A DNA stretch of 64,000 nt from the human T2T-CHM13v2.0 reference genome, Homo sapiens. The translations under genes were made by a program, and so were the position numbers. The stretch is taken from NCBI RefSeq assembly GCF_009914755.1, contig NC_060925.1; one strand, given 5' to 3'. This document shows, piece by piece, positions 1 through 29,540 of this stretch (within the stretch, counting starts at the first letter, position 1; each line of letters starts with the position of its first letter). Under the pieces are notes generated by a model. The model saw only the letters and a program-made list of their open reading frames with translations. It ran no database searches and was not told where the DNA came from.

Positions 1-199
1 AAGCTCTGTCATACTTATTTCTACTTGAGACAAAGCAGCAGATGGGGCATTGGGGGTGGAAGGAGCATGAGTGACCCAACACCCTTCTTGCTGACTTAGT
101 AAACTGTACCCATTCTAGGCCACCTATAGCAACCTGCCCTCCTGCACCACTCTGAGGCTTTCCTTCACACACTCCCTCCTCAAAACCCACTCTCTCTCT

Positions 200-1108
<909 letters not shown>

Positions 1109-1355
1109 AAACTTTTACAGGACTTCATATAAGTAAATGAACAAATCAATAAAAACCATCTTCTAGAAACACATGACTATTTTTATCCTGAAAACATGAT
1201 CACTATACATTTCTTCCTTTGACAAATCATTCTTGATACCTGCTGGGTATCTGACACATCTGGAAATGATGAACAAAATAGATACATCATCACTGCCCTG
1301 GTGGAGTTCACAGTCTAGGCAGGGAGACAATCCAATAAGAAAACAAACATGACAG

Positions 1356-1662
<307 letters not shown>

Positions 1663-2173
1663 TTAAAAAAGAAAAACAAGGGCTTCGGTTTTTAAAATTG
1701 GCTTTGGAGCCAGATAAACCCATGCTCAAATTTTGAATCTACTGTTTACTAGCCCTGTGACCTTGAACACGTTGCTTAACCTCTCTCTCTCTCGGTTTCC
1801 TTGCTTGTAAAGTAACAATAACAATAGTATTTTTCATACCTGGCTGGAGTGAGGATTAGATGACATAATATATGCAAAGCCTTTAGAACAGTGCCTGACA
1901 TATAGTGATATCTCAGTAAACAACAACTTCTGTGATTATTATTATTAATAAAGCTCTCTTTTAAGGCATCATCTCCAACCACGTCTAATGAATTGCCACT
2001 CAGTATTTGGTTCTCTGAAAAAGAAAACACATAGCTATGAATTAAAACTAAGCAACAAACAAAACATTACCTAACTTCCATTCTAGGCTGGACAGTCTTA
2101 TGAGCACTTCAAGGATAAACACTGCTAGAAATTCTCCCATTAGCTTTCAGTATCTCTGGATGTCTCTGAGTGA

Positions 2174-2822
<649 letters not shown>

Positions 2823-3230
2823 TTTTTTTTTTTTTAACCAGGAAAAAAATGAGAATTTTATCAGCAGCTTCAATCAAGACCAGCTCCCAAATGTGCATGG
2901 AAAACCAAGAATAGAAATCAAGCTCAAAGGGCACTCAGAAACTGACTCAGAAAACTCCAAGAGCCTCGTGCACACACAGTCAGTGTTCATAAACTTTAAT
3001 AACTGCATTATTTCTATTGGCCTCAAGGTATAAAAATGGATATAAAATGTCACAAGAGAACATTTTGAGAGTGTTTAGAGATATTTCTTTTCACAAGTTT
3101 AAGAACAAAAAAATTAATATTTTTATGCTGCTTCTTTCATCTCTCTTTAGTTTGTTTTGAAGTTAAGACTTGAAGTCCAAGAGCAAATACCCATTAGTGC
3201 CCCAGAGTGGGTCATCATATTCCTGTGAGA

Positions 3231-3249
3231 CACTGCCATCTAGTGGCCA
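3231..3249 (-). promoter_or_regulatory. CTCF binding motif TGGCCACTAGATGGCAGTG
   Basis: Matches the core CCASYAGRKGGCRS without mismatch, in unique sequence. Confidence 0.7.
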
Positions 3250-3912
3250 ATGTGAACACAACAGTGGATGGCTAGACCTCTTTGTCCCTCAAACTCGAGG
3301 TTTTATTGTGCAAACCTATGCGATTCCTTTCGCTGGTACTCCCACTGATTATACTGCCAATAGCTTCTAGGCTTTCAAATGAATGTTTTTCTTTTCTCAA
3401 TATGAAGGGCACAAATGGGCTATAATAAAAACCATAAACTACTTGGGTTGAAGAATTAAGTATTTTTTGTATTTGGAAAAATGGTGTTTGGATAGAAGGA
3501 AAACCCGGCTAATTTGTAAACAGTGAAAGTGATAGCACAAATCTACTATTTTGAGATTTGAGGGGAAAGCAAGCATTGTGTGAATTCTGTGTCTTAACAG
3601 TAATAGCAAATAATATTGAAAACATATGATCAATGCAGAATAGGTCATTTACATGTATGTAAACATGATAGGGGCTTCATATATATTATTTCATGCAGCC
3701 CTCACAATGGCACTGCAAGCTCCATTCATCCCTACCTAGCAGCTCAAACAGATGAAACTTACACAGCCAGTAGGTGAGGATTCAAGACCAAGACTGTATT
3801 TTCCTGAAGGCAGATACTCTGAAGTCCTATCTTCTTAGCTAGTATCTGGCACATAATGACTGTTCAGTAAGTATTTATGAATGAATGAGTGCATGAAGAA
3901 ATGAATGAGTCC

Positions 3913-4228
3913 TGCCCAGGCACGGTGGCTCACGCCTGTAATCCCAGCACTTTGGGAGGCTGAGGCGGGAGAATGACTTGAGGTCAGGATTTCAAGACTA
4001 GCCTGGCCAACATGGTAAAACACTGTCTCTACTGAAAATACAAAAATTAGCCAGGTGTGGTGGCAGGTGCCTGTAATCCCAGCTACTCAGGAGGCTAAGG
4101 CAGGAGAATCACTTGAACTCGAGAAGTGGAGGTTGCAGTGCGCCAAGACCGTGCCATTGCACTCCAGCCTGGGTGACAAGAGTGAAACTCCGTCTCAAAA
4201 AAAAAAAAGAAAAAGAAAAAGAAAGAAA
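3913..4228 (+). mobile_element. AluS element
   Basis: Full dimer; TSD-like aatgagtcct on both sides. Confidence 0.9.
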
Positions 4229-4244
4229 GAAATGAGTCCTATGG

Positions 4245-4635
4245 CAGAAACCACTAGTAATCACCAACATCTGTGCTCCTCACTTCTTCCTGGGCACACT
4301 GCTAGACTGCATTTTCCAGTCTCCTTTGAGGTTAGGTGTGGACAAGGGACTAAATTCTACCCATTGGAAACATTACGTCCAGACCTGGCCTATTAAAACA
4401 TTCTACATGGGATGCTCCTTTTCTTTTCCCATCTGCTGGCTGGAAGGAGAAGATCCAAGAACCTAAAGGAGGGTGGAGCCACAAGGTAGAGTTGGATCCC
4501 TGCATGACTGCATGGAGTAGAGTGCCCCATTGACCCACATTAAAATGTGACATGAGTGAGAAATAAAGTTTTATTGTGTTAAGCTGCTCAGTGTAAGGGT
4601 TGTTTGTTAGAGCAATCAGCTTGCCCAGACTACTA
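4245..4635 (+). mobile_element. MaLR LTR (MLT1-type)
   Basis: ctagactgcattttccagtctcc...ggatccctgcatgactgcatggag...gagtgagaaataaagttttattgtgttaagc motifs typical of MLT1H/I/J. Confidence 0.65.
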
Positions 4636-4658
4636 AAACTCCCAGATAGTCCTTTTGA

Positions 4659-5006
<348 letters not shown>

Positions 5007-5919
5007 CTATACCAGAAAGATATCCAACATTGTTACTACTTTAACTTAAACCCTGTGCAAGTGAATAAAGATCTTTAGATTTACTTTTATAAGTAGCTCA
5101 CACAATCACTGGACAGTCTTTATAAAATCAGGGAACTTCTCTCCCTCTTTCTTTTTCTTAGATTTCCACTGAAGCTGAGTTAGACCAAAGGAGAAAGAAT
5201 TTTTGCTCAGTCGGCTTAAAATGCTAAAGTTTCCGTCAGGGTTTAGTATGCAGCCTGTGAGACTCCATGTTTCATGAAATAAAGCTAAGTCTGCTCTCCA
5301 ACACATCTATTTTTAAGATCCCTAGCATCTGATCCTGACTCAGCTAAGCGAATCATGCTTAACTCTGTTGGTGACACATCAACCCACAGAATGAAGGGGT
5401 GTAGGGCACAAAACACAGTGCAGCTGGGTTTATACTGACACAAGCTCTTTACTACCTGCACAGAGAGCATTCCAAATTATGAAGGAAACACAGTTGTGGC
5501 CATTCTCTTGAATGTGTACAATCTATTTACAATTAAAGCCATTTTGACTCTTTTTACATACATGTGCATATAATTCTACTTCTGCAATTGCCCACTTAAC
5601 TTTCTAGTAGGTTCTAAGGCATCTACTAATTTTTTTTCCTTGCTAATTGTTCTGACAAGGAAATACATAATGTTCAATACTAGTCACCCAAGAGAGCTAT
5701 TATCTGCCTCTAATTTTCCTTTCTGTCATCTGCCGGGGACTTTTAAGAGGCTTTCTCCTGTTGGATTAGAATTAGCAAGACACCTGAGAAAAGAGGCAGG
5801 CACATTCATGGGAGAACGCTTTATTTCAATTGGTGCATAGGCTTATAAAATTCAAAATTTTTTAAATTTGACAAAATCATTTTAGCATATATCTGAAATA
5901 ATAGACAGTTGAGAATAGT

Positions 5920-7480
<1,561 letters not shown>

Positions 7481-7871
7481 GTACACATTACATATATATG
7501 TACATGTATTTGCACATATATATTACATTCGAGACCTAAACAGATATAAAAAGATTCCTAAATGTTAACATAATTTCCCTGGGAAGTAAAATTGTGGATG
7601 ATTATTCTGTTCTTTTTGCTTTTCTGCCTTTCTAAATTTTCCTACAGCAGGACTTAATTATTTTTAAAAAATTTACATTTTTAAAAAACAATTGGTGTGG
7701 CTATTGTTCCTTCAACATTAGATTGAAATGATCTTTAATATATTTGGGAAGTGGAGGACACATTTCTTGGGATTCTTTTTCAGATGATTCTTACTCAAAA
7801 AATATCCAAATGACATTTTCAGAAAAATTATTCCCATTGTTTATGATGTGGTATCTGGAGTCCACATGGGA

Positions 7872-8225
7872 ATTTTTTTTTTTTAAGAGACAGGGTCTCG
7901 CTCTGTCACCCAGGCACTGGAGTACAGTGGTGGGGTCACAGCTTGCTGTAACCTCAAACTCCTGAGCTCAAGTGATCCTCTTGCCTCAGCCTCTGGAGTA
8001 TCTAGGACCATAGGCGTGTGCCACCTCCCCTGGCTAATTTTTTTATTTTTTGTAGAGATGGGGTCTCCCTATGTTGCCCAGGCTTGTCTTGAACTCCTGG
8101 CCTCAAATATTCCTCCAGCCTTGGCCCCTCAGAGTGCTGGAATTATAAGTTTGAGTCACTGAGCACTGCCCCACATGGGAATTTTTTTTTTTTTAGACCA
8201 AGTCTTGTTCTGTCGCCCAGGCTGC
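7872..8225 (-). mobile_element. AluJ inserted at the tail of an Alu fragment; TSD ccacatgggaattttt
   Basis: Direct repeats at 7862 and 8171. Confidence 0.85.
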
Positions 8226-9267
8226 AATAGCAGTCAATCTAGAGTATAGGCAGGACATCATTCCAGCTCTGACCTCTTCCCCTGCAACTGCTCACACCAC
8301 CTCTGGTCCCAGTATCTCGAAGACCTGTAATCTGACCCCAAACCACCCTTCCCAATCTTGCCTGCTCCTCTCTCCAGCATTGCTGTGATATTCTCTGTGT
8401 CTGGGGAGCACACCTCCCCCTTGCCCTCATTTGTTCTGTTCCATCCACCCACAGGGAACAATGCCTGGGATCCCCCAACCGCAATTCTGCCCATGAGGTC
8501 TTCTCCAAGCCCACCTCCCTCCAGGAAGTGTCCTCCAAACTACACAACCATAATGGCAGCCCTCTCTTCTTCTCCGATTAGTAGCAAGATCCTTTAGAGC
8601 AGGGATTTTGGCACAGAGCTTGCATAGGACAGGCACTCAGTAAAGGCGGGTTACTTGGTGGTATGGAAGGAAAAAAGGAAGAGAGGGAAGGAAGCAGGGA
8701 AGGGGAAAGAAGGGAGGAAGGAAAAGGGAGGGAATAGAGCTCACTGACAGCTGGAGGCTCAGGTTCCTTTTGAAGCTAAAGGCAGAGGACTGGTAGCACT
8801 CCAGTGTTTAGAGTGTTTGATACCTATTCTTGATTCTTTAAAAATACAAGAAAATGGGATTGAATAAAGAGAAAGGATAAAATAAAAAGTCTTGGAGAAT
8901 GCAAGTACCTCAGATTGACTGCTTTGTATCTCTCTAAGTTGATCAGATAGCAAAGAGCTAAGCACTGAAATTCAGTAATGCCTATGCTATGCTATGCTAT
9001 TTACCCTATTAGACACTCACCTGGGCAGGCTAATTTTGTTTTGTTTTGTTAAAAAAGAGCTGAACACTGCCTTCCTCCTCATTTCAACATGAAATGACAT
9101 TTGCCTCAATTCATCCCATGCCTTTCAAACTTCCAGATCCATGTAGTGAGAGGCCAAAGCATATATTATTCCCTCATACATATAAAACAATGAATTATAC
9201 TGTTATTCATTGAAGCATTTTAATGATAAAAGATGGAAAAATCTAAATGTCAATTAATGAGGGGTGA

Positions 9268-10229
<962 letters not shown>

Positions 10230-10759
10230 TAAAGCCTCTTATCAGGGACATTTGTGGATGGGTTTTGGCTGGGTACTGTACACAGTGATTTACACAGATA
10301 TGGCCTCTGCCTGCCAGGAGCTTGGGACAGAATCAAACCTTAGGGAGAGGAGAGGCCCAAACAAGAGCCCCACTAAGAGAAGCCAGTGATGGGCAGCCGG
10401 AGGGCTGGAAGTGCCCTCCCACCCAGAACCGAGCTCTGCCCTGCTGTGCTTCCCACTCCGGGCTCTCAGACGTTCGTGTGTTGTGAATCATTTTAGGTTT
10501 GTTTTCTTTGCGTTACAACTTGACCTGTTCTAATTTGTTCTTCTAAAAGAAATGCAGTATACGGGTTTGTACTTACGGATCCGATGAGTCTCACAGAAAT
10601 AAGAACAGAACTGTCAGAGGAGATGCCTCAGAGCAGACCTGTGGTACAAAACTTCATGTCTGATGTCCCTGGAGTGTAGCAGCACAAATCAGGGAACCCA
10701 AGCTGGAAGATTCTGTGAATTTATCATGACCGCCAACAAAGCATTATCATGGTCTTTAC

Positions 10760-12542
<1,783 letters not shown>

Positions 12543-12898
12543 TTATTTGTATTTAGTGTACTCTACTAGCTAGGAGCAATAAATTTGAGCAAGATATCCA
12601 GCAACTCTGAAGTGCTGAAACAAAAATACTCAATTTGCTAAACCATTGCTCTCCCCTACTCACCGATGAATTGAGGGTTCCTGTGCTTTGAACAACATTT
12701 CTGTGATGAACAGAGTTTGCTGCAGGGATCATAAGCACCTGGGGTCAGCTGCTCACCTGAACACATCCTATCCTGTGGAAATGTGTGGGTGGTGGCCAAG
12801 CCTCTCACCAACAAAGGAGGTTGTGTGGCATTTCTTGCAACCTGATGCGTCTCGATTGATTCAGACCTGTTAGTGGGGACCATTAGGAGGATAAAGTT

Positions 12899-13060
12899 AA
12901 TAAATAATAAATAGCATATTTACACAACCCTCGCGATCCCCAAAGACCTTAAAGTGCTTTATAAAAGAATAGATAAATTATATATTGGGGACACATTCTC
13001 TGCTACTGAAACGCAGCCTCTTCTGGGGGGAAAAGTGGCAGTTGTTAAATGGTGCACAGT
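12899..13060 (-). mobile_element. AmnSINE1-like (Deu-domain SINE) relic
   Basis: actgaaacgcagcctcttctggggggaaaagtggcagttgttaaatggtgcacag resembles the recalled Deu core (ACTGAAATGCAGCCACCTCTGGGGTGGAA..GGCAGC..); the upstream aaagtgctttata and (TAA)-rich tail fit the L2-derived 3' end in antisense. Confidence 0.6.
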
Positions 13061-13085
13061 CCAGATGGACAGGAAGCCCAGAGGT

Positions 13086-14690
<1,605 letters not shown>

Positions 14691-15142
14691 TAAAAAATGA
14701 TTAAAGGTGAGTTAGGAAAATACCTCATACCTCAGACTTTGTTGAGGCCCTTGAGGTTACTGGGTTCTGCACGTATTCATTATTCTGTGTCAGACTAGAA
14801 GAAGCCACATCTTCCCGAGCAATGTTGACTGGACTACGGAAGATTGAACACAAAATTAACACTGAGTCCTGTCTCAACAGATCTCCAAGTAGGTACCTTG
14901 TCTAACCTGGAAAACTGTCACATCTCCTCTGAAGGTGGCATAAGATTTATTCCAAGCTCAGGCCTCACAGAAATCTAGATTTGATACATCTTAACCCATT
15001 CAAAGACAGAGATAATGGCAAGGGATAAAGAAAAAACCCTTCCTTCTAGAAATATAATCAAGAAAGTTCTCACTCTCAAGGGGTTGTCCAAGGGGTGTTC
15101 AGGAAAAAGGGCTCGTGCTATAAATTTTCCTCAGCACTGCAA

Positions 15143-15441
15143 TTTTTTTTTTTTTTTTCAGACAGGGTCTCACTGTGTCACACAGGCTGGAGTGCAGTGG
15201 TGCCATCAGAGCTCACTGCAGCCTCAATCTCTCTGGGCTCAGGTGATCCTCCCACCTCAGCTTCCCAAGTTGCTGGGACTACAGGTACACACCACCACAC
15301 CCGGCTAATTTTGAATTTTTTTGTAGAGACAGAGTTTCACCATGTTGCCCAGGATGGTCTTGAACTCCTGGGCTCAAGCAATCCACGTGCCTGGACCTCC
15401 CAAAGTGCTAGGATTACAGGCATGAGCCACTGTGCCCAGCC
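15143..15441 (-). mobile_element. AluJ element
   Basis: J-type Alu consensus. Confidence 0.85.
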
Positions 15442-15619
15442 AGGACTACAAAATATTCTATCACCCAGATTAGTGGTGGAGGTGGGAGGTTAATCCTAAA
15501 GCAATTCTCTAGATCAAAATAAGAGCAAAGCTATTCTGGATATTACTGGTAATGATAGCCACCACCTCTGGAACACTTACAATGTGTCTAGCCTGTGATA
15601 AACCTTTGAGATAATCCTG

Positions 15620-15780
15620 GCGGCTCACAGTGTGATACATAGACCAGCGGCATTGCCATCACCTGGGAGCTTGTTAGAAAGGCGGACTCAGGCCTTGTCC
15701 CAGACCCACTGAGTCAGATCTGAGTTTAACAAGACCCCCAGGTGATTCGTGAGCACACTATGGAGTGAGAAGCACCAAAC
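15620..15780 (+). mobile_element. MER5A (hAT-Charlie) non-autonomous DNA transposon
   Basis: gaccagcggcattgccatcacctgggagcttgttagaaa...tttaacaagacccccaggtgattc...tgagaagcac. Confidence 0.8.
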
Positions 15781-15917
15781 TGCAGATCTCATAGGCAGCC
15801 TTTCAGAACACTTTGCAACTTCATCCCATGTGGTCCTTGCAACTCTGCAATGTGGAGTTTCGAGTAACCACAAGGAAATGTTATTTGCCCAAGATGGCAC
15901 AGAAAGATACAGAGCTG

Positions 15918-17815
<1,898 letters not shown>

Positions 17816-18930
17816 AAAAGATCTTTGATCCTCAAAAACTAAAATAAATGAAAATAAAAGTAAAATAAAACCCCATCCTGGATGCAGGAATCTTTTCACT
17901 TCCACACCCCACCTGCCACAACCTCTAGTAGGGACCTAAATTCTGACACAAAGTCATGACTAATGGTGGAAATCCTAGCACCGGAGAAGGCCACTTAGAT
18001 ATTTGGGGGGCAGAGCGAGAGATCTTTCCAATCCCCTAGCGATCACATCACATGGAAAACAGTCTCTCTTTGTAAGCCAGCATCCAGCTGCAGAAGGCTG
18101 CATCAGCCAAGAGCCTGTCATGTTTGAACTTGGGAACCTGGAGGTGAGGATTTTTGAAGAACACCTTCAGGAGCAGTGAAGTGACTCCAGGAGAGACAAG
18201 AGGATTTGACAGAGAAGAGGCTAAGTGAGCATTCCAGGCCTCACCAAGAACAGCATTGGTTGCCTATAAATCATGCCTCATTAACTAGTGCCCTGCCTTT
18301 TCTCTTCACAAATCTATTCTGAAGTTAGCTGAATAGACAAAAAAGAAAAGAAAAACCTTTGGAGTTCTCTGGTTCCCATCGTGTGCTCTTTTAAGTAAAG
18401 GGCTTCTCTACATTGCCAAAAATCCCTGCAAAGATGACTTCCCCAGACTTCTTCCCCAAATGCCTTTTTAATACTGTGTGATTATTGCTCAAGGGACATC
18501 CAGGAGCCAAGTCTCTCTGCATAAATCACTAGGAACTTTAAAGGAGACCCATTCTTACTCTGAGGATTTAGAAAATACGTAGTGAGTAAAAAATCTATTA
18601 CATCACAATGTGTGCATTTTCCAACAATGATTACCAGGGTTATATTCTGCGGCTGGTAGATTAAAACGTGTCACCGCCAATACTTCTATTTCTTCTAAAG
18701 AATAAGGCAGGGAAACCAGCCACTGAGAAGACAGCATTGTAACTGCTGAGTCAACTTCATTAATGTTGTTGGGGTTATTCTAATTCTTAAAAAAAGAAAA
18801 AAAGAAAAAAGAAGAACTACGGAAACATGAACTGTTACTGTTCTAGAAACCACTGAACTTTCTGACAATTGCATGTCTACTTCAGAGGCAATGAGGGTAA
18901 ACTGGAAAATTCTAAGCACAGATAAAATAG

Positions 18931-19403
<473 letters not shown>

Positions 19404-20916
19404 TGACGTTTTGCAAGTGTTTCCCAACAGTGTTTTCTGAGTATTGGGCCATGGGTATCAAATATATGAAATTTCAACCATTCTTCAATGCCAAAGTAGC
19501 AATGCACTTACAAGAGTCATCTGATCCAGGTTTTAGACCTTCATGGAAGGGTTATCCTATAAATATCAGAACATCCTTACAATGATGTAAAGTGAATAAG
19601 TGAAAAAGCATTCCTTTTGACAGTAGGTTACAGAATACCCAGCCCCACTGTAGGACAATGATAAAGTGCTAAGAAGCACATTTACACCTGCAGCAGATGC
19701 CAAGGGTAACAGTTGAAGGTGTGTTTTGCAACAGAAAGGGCAATCACTAGAAACACTCCTCAGGGCCACACAAAGCTTGACAAATTGGGCTGTGCTTGTT
19801 CCAACAGCTGGCTAACTACCCATCTGCCGGTCCCCCATGGGGAGCTGAGAACTGGTGCACCTGTGAAATCAACCTGGGAGCCTGGGGAGGCATTGCACCC
19901 CTGCAGCTCTGACACCCGCACCTCCACTCCACTCTGAAAGCCAAGCTCCGAGAAGTCAAGGCCTGTATGTCTTCCTGGGTTCCCCCAAGGGACCAGAGGT
20001 CAGAAGAAGCCTCATCTTTCCTTAGACAAGCTGCCAGTAGAGTTGTACTGCTTTCTGTCTCCATACCAGCCACCATGCTGTTTCCTGGAAAAGCTGAAGA
20101 TACTTGCTCCAGCCCATAGCTCTGTCTTTCCTGGGATAAAAAAGGCTTTTCAGGCAATAGGTGACCAGGTCCAGAGAGGGGCCCACCGCCTGCCAGGCCC
20201 CCATGCTGGGGGCTTCTGGGCCTGACTGTGGGCAGAAATGGGCTGTCTGGACTCTTTCCTGTCATGGAACTGCTTGCCTCTTTGCCCGGTCTGATGACCA
20301 CACCTACCAGTTGAGCCCCTTCAGCAACCTTTCCCCAACCCCCAGATGTTAGCACTGTTTTGGTTATTAGTCATGGAAACTTAATTGCCTCATGTAACCC
20401 AAAAGTCCAGAAGAGCAAATCCTCTCTTCAGACACAGCTGGATCCAGGAAGTCAATTGACATCCTTAGGCCTCTGTTTCTTTTTCCCTCTCCTTGGTCAG
20501 GCCTAGGCCACATGACCATGGCCAAGGATGGAACACTGCAATTGGAATCAGGTTCACATGATTTAGAATAAGGAAAAAGCAGTTCACCAAATGCATGAGG
20601 GATGCTAGACAGAAAAAAAAAAATCACTGTTCAGTACAAGACACTCGGGAGCTTCTCAGACTGGGGATTCTACTCTCAGCTACCGTGGCCATCCATCCTC
20701 AATCTCTAAGGAAAAATGTGCCCCACCATACTCCAGATGACAGAGACACTCAGAGCCCTTTCATTAGGCACGCCACAGATATTTGGCTGGCTGTCAATCA
20801 TGTCTTATTAAGCCCATCCTCCTGAGGCTCAGCTGTTTTACACGATGCCTTTCTACTGCCCCTCCTGAAGGCATTTTTGTGATTTCTTATGCTACTTCCT
20901 AGAGACACAACATTTA

Positions 20917-21752
<836 letters not shown>

Positions 21753-22907
21753 CTATCATTGAATTCTGTTTAGTAACTCTCTGTTCAAACTGCACTTACG
21801 CTTTAAAGAGTTGGGAAGTTAACTCTATCATTATTTTAGTGTGGGATCAGTTACCTTATTCTGGGATTGTCTCCACAAAAGCTGGCTGGTTGCCCTCCAG
21901 GTATCCTTATCGAAGCCGGGTCTACTCAAATGAAAATCACCGCCACTGGGCCATGCCCAGCTTGGACTGAGCACATGAATCATGTGGCTGTGAGTGATTG
22001 TCCCAGCCCAGGACAGTCCCCTGCTTTGTCCTTGCCCATGGGAACTAAGGAGCATCATTCAAAGAATAAAGACCAAGCCCAGAGCTGACAACTAGCTGCC
22101 TGGTTTTTCCATCCATGGCTCAAACTCAAAAGAAGAGAAGTGTAAAGCCACTTTAAGAAATAGTAAGTGTCAGCAGAAAATCAGGTTTAAAAAAAAAAAC
22201 AAAAAAACTGCATAACTGAAAACACCATGAGTGACTCTGTGAAGCTCTCCCATTAACATAAGGTCTCAAAGAGGCTGCAAGAGGGGAACAGGACCCCTCA
22301 GTTGTAATTAGAGCCACTAACATAAAGCAAGCCAGATTTACTGGAGTTTTTGTTTGTTCTGAAAGCTCAGAAAGGTGAGGTGGCCTGATTTCCTGGGTAT
22401 TATACAGCTGGGGGGAAACCTAACAGTTATAAAACTGGTTCAAAGCTGCCTGCATGATTTCATATTTTAAAAGTGAAGTGTGAAAAATCTTTTTAAATTT
22501 TACTTGCATTAGATCACCTTCTAAGGTTACTAAAGCTCCTAATTAGAGGGCAGGATTCATTTAGAATGAAAAGTGGTTACCATTTTAACCAGTGATAAAA
22601 GCTGGCAGACCCCTAAATGACTAACAAGAATGGAAGGTAATCAGGAAGCACTTCTGTTTTACTAAACTGTAGCACCTTTTGCAAATATTGCTAAGTGGTC
22701 ACCTCCAGCAGCGAGGTAGGATGTTTGAAGGTGAGACCTCTCACCAGAGTGCACTAGGTTCAAATCTCAGCCCTGGCCCTTGTTAGCTGTGTGAATTTTA
22801 ACCTCTTCTCCGTGTATAAAATGGTGAGCTTAAGGGGCTCCTGTAAAGATTAATGAACAATGTCAGGCAGTATGTGAGTGTGTGGGCATCTCTTTAAATG
22901 TGCTTAT

Positions 22908-23213
22908 CCACCAGGTATGGTGGTTCACACCTGTAATCCCAACACTTTGGGAAGCTGAGGCAGGCAGATCACTTGAAGTCAGGAGTTCGAGACCAGCCTG
23001 GCCAACATGGTAAAACCCCGTCTCTACTAAAAATACAAAAATTAGCTGGGCGTGGTGGTGCACACCTGTAATCCCAGCTACTCAGGAGGCTGAGGCAGGA
23101 GAATCACTTGAAGCCGGGGGGCAGAGGTTGCAGCGAGCCAAGATCGTGCCACTGCACTCCAGCCGGGGCAACAAAGTGAGACTCTGTCTCAAAAAATAAA
23201 TAAATAAAATAAA
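22908..23213 (+). mobile_element. AluS element; TSD aaatgtg(c/t)ttatc
   Basis: Alu consensus and flanking repeat. Confidence 0.9.
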
Positions 23214-23947
23214 TGTGTTTATCATATTTCCGGAATGGTTAAGCATATACACTCTCATTTTTGTGGATTGCATTGGTTGGCTCTGTGCTCTATGTCATTT
23301 TTCTGCCTCTCCTAGAGGCTTTGGTGTTTGCAACAGGAATTTCAGTCTTCTTGACTTGATAGGGAAAAAAAATGTGGGGGCTAAAGGGCCACCCTGTAAA
23401 CCCGACCCCATTAGGTGACTGCAAACCTTACAGAAATAAATGAACATGTCAGTGCTGGTTTATGTGTGAAGTGAGGTGTGTTCCCTAACCTGTCAGCAAG
23501 CCATATTTTATTTGGATAAAGACCCTAAAATCAAGCACATTTACAGGCTGTTGCAGCCACTCCCATTCTGCTCAGCTAAGCAGCTGCACCCCCCACTTCC
23601 CCACAGTGCAGCTGTGATCCTTCCTCGGGGCCCTGGGCTCCTGCATTCAAGCTAGTTCAAAGCATCGAGGCCACACCACCACATCCTCTGCACTCCATAG
23701 AGGTGCAGTGGAACTGAGCCCACATTAAGCCAAAACCTCCAAAGAAGCAAAATTTTGCATTTTGTAATGGCTGGTGAGATCGGCATCTATGCTGCCTTAC
23801 CATGCCCTATCCCGGGGAGATCTCAGAGAGGACACTACTAAAGTCTCCCACACCTCGCCCATGTCACTTACCTGAGTATGATGTCAGGTGAGAGTATGGT
23901 CCTATAGCAGAAGACAGGTATTTGTAGTAGAATCTGCTTGTGCCTGC

Positions 23948-23948
23948 A

Positions 23949-23982
<34 letters not shown>

Positions 23983-23990
23983 GAGAGAGA
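23948..23990. repeat. (TG)n(AG)n compound microsatellite
   Basis: Seen directly. Confidence 0.95.
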
Positions 23991-24492
23991 AGAAAGAAAG
24001 CCACAGTTAACACTTATTTGGCACTAACTTTGCACCTGGGCACAGTGCTAAGTCACTTTCACACAGTCTCCCTCCTCCTGCAACAGACAAAAGGGCCTTT
24101 TCCCTTTATGCCCTCTCTTTCTGAAGACCTGTCTCCTTCCGCTCTCTGCAGACTTTCTTTCCCCCAGAAGTGAACAGGTTTCACGGGTATTGCATGTTTT
24201 CACAGCCTCTGGTGGGAGGGTGGGCCCCAGCCTCCCTCTCTGTTTCGCTGCTGGGTAGAGGAGATGGAGCAGCTTCTAGTCCCAAGAGGGAGGGGAAAGG
24301 GGCAGGGAAGAAATGATGTGGGGTGATTCCTTTTCTCCTTGTTGCAGTTTGGTAGATTCCCTCCCCTCCCTTTGTTTTTCTTTGATTATCACTTAGGAAA
24401 AGGGAAAGTCAATCCTATTAATAAGCCTCATCAAGTCTTCATTCAAGATCAACTCCTCTATTAACATGACTTTGACTTTATTACGTGAATGA

Positions 24493-27307
<2,815 letters not shown>

Positions 27308-27752
27308 ATCAATTATATTTTAAAAGGTTATCTGTTTCAGTTCCCAAAATTATATATGCATATTTTATAGCCTCATTCAGCATTTAGATGTTAATAGGGT
27401 TTAAAGCTTTGGGCTAAAATCAAATGTTGCACAGAAAGATCTACACTCTGTATTAGCATCGAAAAGCTTAATGGTCAGTTTCAGGTAATTTCACCTGGTT
27501 ATATTGCATAAGAAACATTAATATACTGTTCAAAGAATTTGTAATATTAAGATGTTAATTTGTATCTGCATTCTGTCCTCATTACATAGAAAACCCTTGA
27601 AGAATGACCATGTTTCCTGATTTTTGTTGCAAATGCCAAATGGATGTGTGAATGAGTTGGGTTTGTGCCATTTTCCATTTGGCCTGCAGTGTAGATTGGA
27701 GTTGTCAGGCAGTGAGAACTAGAACGAGGCAGCATTGAGATTCCCCACACAG

Positions 27753-29540
<1,788 letters not shown>

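Noticed and set aside
19816-20355. 179-aa ORF in unique sequence
   Set aside because: No recognisable domain or exon structure; the length is attainable by chance in GC-richer DNA
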